Below, piece after piece: positions 18,601-26,636 of a DNA stretch of 64,000 nucleotides. The notes below the pieces were generated by a model. The model had not been told where the DNA came from and did no database searches. It worked only from the letters and a program-made list of their open reading frames with translations. Position 1 is the stretch's first letter; each line of letters starts with the position of its first letter. A program made the position numbers and the translations under genes. Source of the DNA: a virus (taxonomy: Duplodnaviria; Caudoviricetes); IMG/VR virus record IMGVR_UViG_3300035675_000001. The stretch is one strand, 5' to 3'.

Positions 18601-21600
18601 GTTGGCGTGGCCGTCATCAGCATCGCGCCGTAGTCGGTGCGGTGCGTCGTATCATACGGATAGACGGGAGAAGTGTTGTATTGGACCTGGACGTAAGGGT
18701 CAGTGTGCGCCGTGCCCGACGTGTTCCAGGTCTGGTTGTTCTGCCCGCCAAATCCAATGATGATGCGCGTGATGCCGCCGTTGAGCGAGCGGGCGTAGGC
18801 ATGAACGTGCCCGTGGAGGGTCAGGTCCACTCCCCATTCTTTCCAGGGCCAATCCGTGCGCGGGTAATCGCCATACTTGTGGCCACTGTTCCACGCATCC
18901 GAGTTCCAATTCGGATGGTGATACATCACGACCTTCCAGGGAGCTTGGGACCGCCTGATCCAGTCCTTGATCTGCTCAGCCTGGACGCTGTTCATCCGGT
19001 CGAGTCGGACGCGGCCAGTGACGAACGCCACGGTCTTGTCGGCAGTAAAGCTGGCTTGGATCACGTCACCGCCGTAATACCGCTTGCCTTCGTAATCGAC
19101 GTAATTGTTGCCGGGGTTGGCGATGACGCGATAACGCCGGGCCTTGCGTAGCACAACCCACGGCGTGGCAGGGTCGATCCTGGGTTCACCCCACACATAC
19201 ATGAAGGGCACCGTTCCGTTGGCCTTGAAGGTCTGATCGCCGTAGTAGGTGCCTCCGCTGTAGATGACAAACTGTGGGGCATCGTTGATGCCGTCGTCGC
19301 CGTAAGAGTCGCTGGTCTTGACCGTGTAGGTGCCATTGGCATCGACCTGAATCGGGTTGCCCAGGTAGGGCAGTTTGACGTTGGCCCCAATCGGGCTGAA
19401 AGGCGCTTCGCACCAGTTGCCATCCGGCTCAGCAGGCTTGCGATTATTGTCGATGAAGCCTGGGTCTTCCACCGAGTTGTAGCCGTCCGCAACCACGAAC
19501 AGCTCGACGTGGCCGATGCGGACGCGGTAGTAGCGCCCGTTACCTGGCAGGTAATCGTAGTAGTTGGTTTCGAGGCTGTTGTCCCAGCCGTTATCCGGCT
19601 CAGCCCGACGACGCACCGTGGCCCCGTTGTAAGCCAGGAAGTCCGTGACACCGCTGACCCCAACGAAAATCTGGCCGTAGGTGTAAGTGCCGCCGTTGTA
19701 AACCACGTATTGGGGTCCAACCGAAGTTGGGTAAACCCGGTAGGTCTGGTCGTAGCCCTTGATGTTCCCGCTCTGGATGTTGTCCTCGGCAATCGGGGAA
19801 TCGGGGTTCTGGTAATCGTGGTTGCCGTAGCAAACAAAATACTTCTTGGCGTCGATGAAGTCCTGAACGTAAATCTGCGCCGGGTAGAACTCACCAGGCA
19901 AGCCGTCGTAGTATTGGTTGTCCCCGGCATAGAAGTAAGCGTCCGGGTTCCAGCCGCGCACCAGGTTGCTGACCGCTGCCTGGGGAGCGCCGTAAATTCC
20001 ACCATCCGCGCTGACCGCGATATAAGTCGGGTCAGACCAAATCGAGGGCTGCTCGCGCACAACCTCCGTCGAGGTCGGCGCGTAGTTGGCATAGACATTG
20101 ATCGCCGAGCTGAGGCCGAAACCAATCGGGAAGTTGAAAAACCACGTCGAGTTGGAGTAGTCGTAAGTGCCCGTCAAGTTCAGGTCGTAGCTGCCGATTC
20201 GCAGGAAGTCAGAGTTGTAGGGGTCGCTCTCGTGCGTCAGCATCGAATCGACGTTGACGAAATGCGGGTTTTTGACCACCGGAGGAACCGGCGCTCCAGT
20301 CAGCTTCCAGACGTTGAAGAAGGCAAACGGAGTGCCCACCAGAACAGTCCAGTGCATGAGCGTGCTATCCGCAATGATGGGCGGAGAGACATCGAACCAG
20401 TTAAGGAAATCGTAAGTGCCCTTGACCTGGTAGATGTCACCCACGATGGCAGTGAAATCGAAAGCGAACGCCCTGGTGTTGCTGATGCTGAACTGAACCT
20501 CGTAAGGCGGATACGGATAGTCGGCAAGCGTGCCCCAGTATTGCACCTGGCCCGACGTAGCCGAAAAGACCGTGCCGAAAGAGCAGTAGTCGGCATAGCC
20601 CACCTGGTCTTTGATGAGATAGCCGGTGCTGACATTGCGCGGCCTGCGGGTCGCGGGCCGGACCTCCTCCATTGCCTGGATCACCTGGAGTCCAGCGGCG
20701 GTGACCTCGGTGTAGTTGAGCTGCTGGTCGCCCAGGTCAGCCTGCCTGCGATACGTGATGGCAGTCTGCGACGAAAGCGGATCAGTCTCGGTCAGCCAGT
20801 CGCGGACAATGGTTCCTTGGGCGAACGAGCCATTCATCCAGGGCCGGTAGGGCGAAAGCGCCTGCGACCCGAAGTTGGCCAGGGTGCCATTGGCCTGGAG
20901 GTCTTTGTTGGGATCGACGGTGGAGACGCCGAACAACTGCTCCGCCCGGTCGAAGTCGATGGTCAGACTCAGGTCGTAGTAGGAGCTGCGATACTTGATC
21001 GAAGACAACTGCTGCGTCACGGAGAGCACCCGGTGCGTGCCGTTGTCCGTGCCGTTGAGCAGTTCCGTGACCTGGATAGCCGTGTGGTTGAAAGCCGATC
21101 CCGCCGAAATTGCCTCGAAGCGCAGGCCGGTGCCGGACGGGTTGACGTAGGCTTTGGTCTCCGGCCCGCCGCCTGTCAGGATATAGGGCGAGAGCGAAGG
21201 GTCCGGGTCCATCGGCGCGGTGCCGATGATGCTGACCTTGAAGAAGGGGTTGAAGCCGTTGACGACCTGCGTGTAAAACTCGGTGCTGTTGGTGCCGTTG
21301 CGAGCCGTGGCCGTGCCGGTCCAGGTGTAGTAGGGGCCATCCGTCAGGTTCCAGGGATCATAGAAATTGTCACGGACCTGCTTCGGATAGAAGTCAGGAA
21401 CCTCGGAGAAGTCCTGGTCGTTGCGCGGATCGCCGATGTCGTTGGCGATGCGGGGGCTGAGCCGCTGCCAGAGCGGGGTCATCCGCACGTCGTCGTAGCC
21501 CAGGAGCCGCCCCAGGGTCTCAAACGACTGAGCCGTGCCCTTGAACTGGAGCCGGGGGAACCAGGTGCTCAGCAGCCTGCGGGCGTCGGAGTCGGCGTTA

Positions 21601-22064
21601 GCCGGGTCCAAAGCCGCTGACCGGTAGAGCACTGCGCCCACCGTTGCCGCCAGGTATGGGAGCACGTTGGCTTCCACCAGGCGGAGGCTGTCCACACCGT
21701 AGGCCGCGCTGAGAAGGACGTGTTCCTCGTCAAGCTTGAGCTGGCCTGCGACCCATTCCAGCAGCTCAGGCGTGGCGTCCTCCGGGGTATCGTCTTTGAT
21801 TTCAAGAGAGCGACTGTAAACTTTTCCCTTCGGCGACTGGACCTGGGCAATGACGGCGTTGGGCGGTGCGCCGGAGACATCAGACTCCGGCAACCCTTGG
21901 CCAGTGAGGAGAAGTTCGAGCTTTCCAGTGTAAGCGCGGAGGTCGTCAACGCGGTCCTGGTAACCGCCGACGACAGCTTGAATCAAAGCCTGCTCATCGA
22001 GGCTGATTATTCCTTCTGGCAGAAGGCCATAAAGGAAGTCTTCGCTTAAATTCTGCAACGACAT
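15600..22064 (-). CDS. 2154-aa baseplate wedge/tail protein with metallophosphoesterase and LamG-like domains
   Basis: N-terminal RLQFKGTAQSFETLGRLLGY (wedge/P2 gpI-like KGT); SADGG, GDNQY, GNHDY, YHHP, HGHVH phosphoesterase motifs; VTVSFWL...FTYDG...IHDLRVWN LamG pattern. Confidence 0.7.
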   Translation of the reverse strand: MSLQNLSEDFLYGLLPEGIISLDEQALIQAVVGGYQDRVDDLRAYTGKLELLLTGQGLPESDVSGAPPNAVIAQVQSPKGKVYSRSLEIKDDTPEDATPELLEWVAGQLKLDEEHVLLSAAYGVDSLRLVEANVLPYLAATVGAVLYRSAALDPANADSDARRLLSTWFPRLQFKGTAQSFETLGRLLGYDDVRMTPLWQRLSPRIANDIGDPRNDQDFSEVPDFYPKQVRDNFYDPWNLTDGPYYTWTGTATARNGTNSTEFYTQVVNGFNPFFKVSIIGTAPMDPDPSLSPYILTGGGPETKAYVNPSGTGLRFEAISAGSAFNHTAIQVTELLNGTDNGTHRVLSVTQQLSSIKYRSSYYDLSLTIDFDRAEQLFGVSTVDPNKDLQANGTLANFGSQALSPYRPWMNGSFAQGTIVRDWLTETDPLSSQTAITYRRQADLGDQQLNYTEVTAAGLQVIQAMEEVRPATRRPRNVSTGYLIKDQVGYADYCSFGTVFSATSGQVQYWGTLADYPYPPYEVQFSISNTRAFAFDFTAIVGDIYQVKGTYDFLNWFDVSPPIIADSTLMHWTVLVGTPFAFFNVWKLTGAPVPPVVKNPHFVNVDSMLTHESDPYNSDFLRIGSYDLNLTGTYDYSNSTWFFNFPIGFGLSSAINVYANYAPTSTEVVREQPSIWSDPTYIAVSADGGIYGAPQAAVSNLVRGWNPDAYFYAGDNQYYDGLPGEFYPAQIYVQDFIDAKKYFVCYGNHDYQNPDSPIAEDNIQSGNIKGYDQTYRVYPTSVGPQYVVYNGGTYTYGQIFVGVSGVTDFLAYNGATVRRRAEPDNGWDNSLETNYYDYLPGNGRYYRVRIGHVELFVVADGYNSVEDPGFIDNNRKPAEPDGNWCEAPFSPIGANVKLPYLGNPIQVDANGTYTVKTSDSYGDDGINDAPQFVIYSGGTYYGDQTFKANGTVPFMYVWGEPRIDPATPWVVLRKARRYRVIANPGNNYVDYEGKRYYGGDVIQASFTADKTVAFVTGRVRLDRMNSVQAEQIKDWIRRSQAPWKVVMYHHPNWNSDAWNSGHKYGDYPRTDWPWKEWGVDLTLHGHVHAYARSLNGGITRIIIGFGGQNNQTWNTSGTAHTDPYVQVQYNTSPVYPYDTTHRTDYGAMLMTATPTSLNGMVQTINNVVVDNWTLTKPDCVRAYQERPEDQLDEPMLDLSDEYPWRRDLVNGGELIDRATYNPPTPDVTVTQVGQSIAVFSQTGAQYDVTLNKLGPNPPSFMVNERPLTPYVPGQMAVAYYGTFIPLDHIDPRQRDDLPRRTLSQEATDFYHSANLGVDHSVDDMDWAFEPGWRLYHFGLVQGVLVADPVKFFGRHHRDNLVGWFPFNEHPFDAPPLIDHSVISTDMIPLNATPFGREFDQWRGWHLRVPPGLDFRSDPHSRDLSGPVTVSFWLMVPEGVALPAPYLIQVGSIKITFSNILNVGSVDSDGNTNWVLLSGMASPGWNFFSFTYDGVSAWTCYQATMSTPVAQVDAQTYTDHIWTEDQSVGVVGTTLDYRIHDLRVWNSVKTIEELELVRYHDPNPTACLYRPAYLTCVNDYDRYGVKVLDSGYVMPDLLPSSIETPSEAWVSRYDATGQYQAQSRFKETGIGSGPTLPVRQVLGEQWDTLTAAGTVVVSGWKGQGYGMNDAWMFDNPPPQVMQLLESGSTKYGIIPTWFSTGTTIPWPNAMMATNPCRDRIWVEGDDSYVYEIKVVRSGTQAFGLSAQKLFTQRSDAELMLSGTEGTYAPLLQLVQSAGIGGTHCYGVTSYGTIFPRQLLVVAGTDSTTDNGLWTVLPKGRILGGSVLPSSGTYDIRLASPGVAKVYHPAKLLYSEQPTGGEVVLTDTGYSKQLRVNTSGQVYAAAYAGTVNAPWIFMYGNEEVVTSATQAQAYSNWANPTSFGVSLSLPALNVDGNISFENDETALPGFYRLEIDSGNIGQVDENFDGFKVIITVGDIPFEATLCAGKTGANFQSTDTFDFTLPHVLPGNTLGYSGNSWLLDINWYNALRDERRGTARQLAIYGYRMVRLNTTLYQLKLTATGSSITEVSTTGTDFPATPGGWMAAITSWGTAYSYTHESRIYSSNETFQSRYPMSNVLTATTVERKEDIVMNTPAVISDPPVPTLPVYGPIVIT

Positions 22065-22070
22065 CTCGCA

Positions 22071-22880
22071 TTAACTACAGTAGCCGTAGCCGTAGCGATT
22101 CGGAGAAGGCGGAACTTGAAGCGGTTCTCCGTCAGGTGTGAACGGCTTCGTTGTGCGCCCCTGCCAGTTCGCGCCCATCTTGACGGCCTCAGACTCCAGG
22201 TGGAACACGCGGACGGTAGGCAGCAGGTGCCTCTTGATGCGAGGCCAGCGGGCAGCCCACTGAACGTCCATATTCTCGGCGCTGCCTTCGGTGTCCGGGT
22301 AGCGCAGCTCGTGCTGGCGCATGTATTGGCTGTGCCAGAGCTGGAAATAGCCGATGGGGCAATATCCCCACTGCTTGTGGATGAGGTTGGCCCCGATGGG
22401 GTAATCAGCCGGAGTGCTGACCAGGTAGCGGTATCCGAACTGCGGATCGTCGTGCCAGTTTTGCTTGAGCTTGCGCCAGGTGTCGTAGCCAACCACGTTG
22501 CAGCGTTCCGCGCCGTAGATGCAATCCCGCTGGAGGAAGGACTTATCCAGCATGTTGCGAAAGCCCAGCGGCAAAACAACGTCAGCATCCATTTGGAGGA
22601 TGAAACCCTTTTGGCGCAAGGCACCCAGGCCGAAGTTGATCGCCGCGCCCTTGTTGAAGTCATCACCCTTCTCGGTGAAGCAGTCGGTGGGGACGCATTC
22701 GACGGACCACTTTCGGCAGACCTCTTTGGTCACGGTATCCTCGTGGCTGGTGACCACGACCACACGGTCCAGGTGTGAGAGGTTCATTGGCAGACTCTCT
22801 GCCAAGAAGTCCCCGTAGTTGAGGCAGACAATTACTGCTTCCAACCGGCTGTCATAGAATGATTTTGGCTGATCGCTCAT
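22071..22880 (-). CDS. glycosyltransferase, family 2-like
   Basis: VIVCLNYGDFL, FNKGAAINFG, LQMDAD DxD motif, GYFQLW. Confidence 0.7.
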   Translation of the reverse strand: MSDQPKSFYDSRLEAVIVCLNYGDFLAESLPMNLSHLDRVVVVTSHEDTVTKEVCRKWSVECVPTDCFTEKGDDFNKGAAINFGLGALRQKGFILQMDADVVLPLGFRNMLDKSFLQRDCIYGAERCNVVGYDTWRKLKQNWHDDPQFGYRYLVSTPADYPIGANLIHKQWGYCPIGYFQLWHSQYMRQHELRYPDTEGSAENMDVQWAARWPRIKRHLLPTVRVFHLESEAVKMGANWQGRTTKPFTPDGEPLQVPPSPNRYGYGYCS

Positions 22881-22947
22881 ATTGATGTTTGGGCAGAAAA
22901 GCCGGGCCAAGGCAACATGGTATTTTTCGTAAACTTTTCTTACCCTA

Positions 22948-25092
22948 TTAGTCTATCACGTTCGGCTTGCCCAAAAACAGACGGGTTTTTCGGGCATTGT
23001 CGCCTTTTCCGCTGAATAGAACGGCTTTCACAAGGAACCGCATCGCCCCAGGAGAACTGGAATCAAGCAGTGGCTTGCCGATGAGTTCCCGGCAGCAGCC
23101 CTTCTGGATGTAGGCCACGGTCAGGTGAGGTCTGTATTCGGAGTGAGTGTCGGTGTGGGGCAGCTCGTTGACCCTGGCGTTCAGCGCCCGCAGGGCCTCG
23201 CTTTCCACGTCGAACTTGAGCACGTCATACTTGTCGCTCGACTCAAACATCGAGCAGCCCATGATCTGGATTTCAAAAGGCTGGGTCTCCTCGATGATCC
23301 GCAGCAGCTCCCCGGTCGGCTCTGAGTCATGGAGGCCCCACTTCACGGTGACGTGCGGCTCGGTCTCCCGGCCAAAGCCCGGCTCGTCCGCGTAAAGCTC
23401 CTCGTCGAGCACATACATCTGGCCCCAGTGGATCACGGCGTCACCCAGCTCCGGGGGTGCCGGTGCCATCAGGCACGAATACTCGCGCCCTTCGCACAGG
23501 CTCTCCAGTTCCAGGCGCATCTGCTCCTGGTCCTGCTCTGGATACATCCATCGCCGCATCAATTCAGGGTCCGTGGCTTCCACCACGTTGTCCACGCTCA
23601 CCGACTGGTCGCCGCCCGTGTCTTCACTCCACTCCTCCCCGGCCCGGTCTCGCGCCTCGTCGAACAGAGCATAGAACCGATCATTGTCCTCAAAATCGTA
23701 AAGCGCCTCCTCCATGTCCGGGAATTTCTGCTCCAGGCCGCGACGGTAGCTGCGCTTGATCCAGTTGCTCCAGGCTTGTTGGCGCTTCTCCTCCTGGAGC
23801 TGCGTGTGCCCCTCCTCATCGAGCAGGGGGTAATTCTCCCGGCTGTCATAGTCCTTGCGGAACTCCTCGAACGAGTCACCGGGAATCTCCGGGATGTCCT
23901 CCTCGTAAAAGCCCAGCTCTTTGCCGTTGTAAGAGAGCGCCCTGACCTTGAGCCAGGGGTAGTGCTCTTTGAAGTAGTTCAGGTTGGCCTGCTCGACCAG
24001 ACCGCCGCTGAAATCAGAGTGGGAAGCCACGGAGAACCAGCCGTCCCGGTCGTTCTGATTCAGGTTTTCGTTGGCCCAGGCCAGGATCGCTTCCGCGTGT
24101 GAACCCTTGTCGTGCTTGATGAGGTCGGTCAGGTCATCCTCATCCTCAATGCCCTCGAACATGTCCAACTGCTGCTGTGGCGCGGGCTGGTCCCCTAGCT
24201 TGAACTGGAGCTGATTACGGTCGGGATACATGGCCGCGTGGAGCTTCGGCCAGGTGACCAGCTCTACCACACGGTCAACATTGACCGAAGGTTTATGGGA
24301 CGTGTCCGTGTCCCAAAACTCCTCGGCTTCTGAGGCCATCCGGTTGAAAAAGTTGAGACCGTGAGGTCCGAAAAGAAAAGTCTCGATCTCGGCCTGCGGG
24401 TTTTCGGACTTGAACTGACCGCCGAATCTTTCCGCCAACGAGTCCGCAAACTCCTTAGCATAGGTCTCCCTCCAGGCCCTTCCGATGGCTTGCTCGGCGA
24501 CCTCGCTCATGATGTCGTCGTCCAGCACCCGGCCTTGAATTGACTGTTTGACGTAACCCCGGAACGGATTCCAAAGCGGCATCCAATCCAGCTTGTCCGG
24601 TTCCAGGAACACCCGGAAATTTAGCTCGCTGCCATCCTCCTCCAGCCAGGGGAAGTTGCGAACGAAGAACAGGTGGTTGGCGTGCTCCACCGTGCCAGGA
24701 TACGCTTGGCTGTAGGTCGTGCCCGGTATCTCCCACATTTTTCGATCTTCGTCCCAATAGAGGTTTTGACGCGCCCACTCCTCGCGGGACTCATATTCCC
24801 TGCTTCCGGCCAGCTCTTTGACATCCAGGTCCGGGTCGTCCTCCATCGCTTCCCCGACGTAGGGCTTGATCTGATGAAGGTGAACCAGGGCATGACCGTG
24901 CTGCGGGTGGGCAACCCACAGGGTCTTCCTGTCCGCGTTGCGCGAATGGACCGTAGCGACCTTCCAGACACGGCCCCATTCTGCCGTGCCAGGGAGGATG
25001 TCCTGGAGGTAGGCCAGCACCTTGCGGCCCGGCGCATACCAATCGTCGGCCAGGTTCGCCACGTCCTTGAAGTCGTCGAGTTCGTCGTTCAC
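22948..25092 (-). CDS. 714-aa modular protein with acidic linkers and C-terminal 2H phosphoesterase (Acb1/LigT-like)
   Basis: two HxT motifs, EPHVTVKWG and RPHLTVAYI, about 75 aa apart. Confidence 0.75.
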   Translation of the reverse strand: MNDELDDFKDVANLADDWYAPGRKVLAYLQDILPGTAEWGRVWKVATVHSRNADRKTLWVAHPQHGHALVHLHQIKPYVGEAMEDDPDLDVKELAGSREYESREEWARQNLYWDEDRKMWEIPGTTYSQAYPGTVEHANHLFFVRNFPWLEEDGSELNFRVFLEPDKLDWMPLWNPFRGYVKQSIQGRVLDDDIMSEVAEQAIGRAWRETYAKEFADSLAERFGGQFKSENPQAEIETFLFGPHGLNFFNRMASEAEEFWDTDTSHKPSVNVDRVVELVTWPKLHAAMYPDRNQLQFKLGDQPAPQQQLDMFEGIEDEDDLTDLIKHDKGSHAEAILAWANENLNQNDRDGWFSVASHSDFSGGLVEQANLNYFKEHYPWLKVRALSYNGKELGFYEEDIPEIPGDSFEEFRKDYDSRENYPLLDEEGHTQLQEEKRQQAWSNWIKRSYRRGLEQKFPDMEEALYDFEDNDRFYALFDEARDRAGEEWSEDTGGDQSVSVDNVVEATDPELMRRWMYPEQDQEQMRLELESLCEGREYSCLMAPAPPELGDAVIHWGQMYVLDEELYADEPGFGRETEPHVTVKWGLHDSEPTGELLRIIEETQPFEIQIMGCSMFESSDKYDVLKFDVESEALRALNARVNELPHTDTHSEYRPHLTVAYIQKGCCRELIGKPLLDSSSPGAMRFLVKAVLFSGKGDNARKTRLFLGKPNVID

Positions 25093-25514
25093 GGCCAGTT
25101 CGTTCCTTCCGTTCCGTTGACCACGATGGTCTGCGAATCATTCTGCCAGTAGGGCGGACGATTGGCAGTGCCCCAAATCTCGATGTATTTCTGCCGCCAG
25201 GTGCCGATGTCGTTCGTCCCGATGTAAATGTAAACCGAGAAGCTGTCCGGCCCGCCGACATCCACGGAGAAGCGTCCCCAAGGATACTTGTTCATCAGCC
25301 ACTCCACCCGATTCAAGTCGGCCACGCCCTGGCCGGGGAAGACATTGCAGTCCCCGTTGCCCAGCTCACGGTCGATGGGGGCCTGCTGGAGCTGGGCGTT
25401 GATGAGCCAACTGCCCCGCGTGGCCAGATACATGATCTGCTCATAGCTGAGCATGGGCCGATGCTGGGCGTTGATCTGCCAGACGTTGTTGTAGATGGCG
25501 ATTTTCGGGATCAT
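25089..25514 (-). CDS. hypothetical protein
   Basis: overlap-coupled to both neighbours. Confidence 0.6.
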   Translation of the reverse strand: MIPKIAIYNNVWQINAQHRPMLSYEQIMYLATRGSWLINAQLQQAPIDRELGNGDCNVFPGQGVADLNRVEWLMNKYPWGRFSVDVGGPDSFSVYIYIGTNDIGTWRQKYIEIWGTANRPPYWQNDSQTIVVNGTEGTNWP

Positions 25515-26629
25515 GCTTGTCCTTGCCGCGCTCGGTATTCCAGCTCCCGGTTGAACATGTTGCCGCCCTCCAGGTAACCCTCGCGGTCCAGGATCGCCAA
25601 GATTTCGCGTTCATTGCCGGTCGTCCGGCTCATCTCCATCTCATCGAAGGTCGTCCGCAATTCCCACAGGTCGTCATCGAGCTGCGTGACCAGCACGTTC
25701 ATGTGCGGGTTGATCGGGAAGACGTAATGATGGCTGCCCGCTTCACGCCAGACACCTTTGGCCAGCTCAGCCTGGATGAGCGGACCCAAGCCCAGGTTGC
25801 CGCCCAGCAGCTCCTTGGTGCTCTCGTCGTCATCATCCAGGGATTCATTCCAGACGCCGGTGCCGTAGTCCGCAAGCTGTTCGCGCCACTCCCTGAAATC
25901 CTTGCGCTTAATCATGGACTTGGCGTTCTCCAGGCTGTTGGCGCTCTGCCGGTGGAGCATGAGGCCCTGCGGGGTCTGCTCGGTTTTGACGAACTCGTAG
26001 ATCACATACTGGGTCCAGGTGGACATCTCCCCGAAGTGGCCGTGAGTGCGCCGGACGTTTTTGAGGACCAGGTAGTTCCCGTATTTGTAAATCTTCTTGG
26101 TGCCGAACCACTTGTTGTTCTTCCGGCTGAAAAACTCCGGCTCCGCAGCCTTCATGTCCTCAAGGCTGGCCACAGGTTCGCCGCCCCAGGCGACCTCCTT
26201 CACGTCGAAATCGCCATCGCTCTCCTGGAGTGCCCGATTCCGGTAATCGACCGTGCCCGATGGCTCTCCGTTAACGATTAAAGGTGCCCCATAGAGGTTC
26301 CGCCAGCTCCTCAAGGCCCACTTTAGCACCCCAAAGCTGGCAAAGCGGCCCAACCAATACCAGTTGTTGGTGAAATCAACCCGAATGCCGCCCTCTCCCT
26401 TGTCAAGCTGTTGAATACGAATCAGTTTGACCGGCATCCTGGAAACGTATTCCCGGATTCCCCGCAGGTTCCGGCTTTTCCGCATCGGATGACCGTTTTC
26501 ATCGTAGAGGTAGTGGACCTCTCCGTAGGTCTCAGGCCAGGCCGTATCCCGGAAGGTGTGGGCCGCATCCTTCCAGGAAGCCTCGTCGTCATCTGCCTCA
26601 AGCAGTTGCCTGATGATTTGGTCGATCAC
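25511..26629 (-). CDS. modular hypothetical protein with acidic linkers
   Basis: GTG start (VIDQIIRQLLEA) exactly 4 nt after GTAGTTA; three acidic tags. Confidence 0.7.
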   Translation of the reverse strand: MIDQIIRQLLEADDDEASWKDAAHTFRDTAWPETYGEVHYLYDENGHPMRKSRNLRGIREYVSRMPVKLIRIQQLDKGEGGIRVDFTNNWYWLGRFASFGVLKWALRSWRNLYGAPLIVNGEPSGTVDYRNRALQESDGDFDVKEVAWGGEPVASLEDMKAAEPEFFSRKNNKWFGTKKIYKYGNYLVLKNVRRTHGHFGEMSTWTQYVIYEFVKTEQTPQGLMLHRQSANSLENAKSMIKRKDFREWREQLADYGTGVWNESLDDDDESTKELLGGNLGLGPLIQAELAKGVWREAGSHHYVFPINPHMNVLVTQLDDDLWELRTTFDEMEMSRTTGNEREILAILDREGYLEGGNMFNRELEYRARQGQA

Positions 26630-26636
26630 GCCATAA

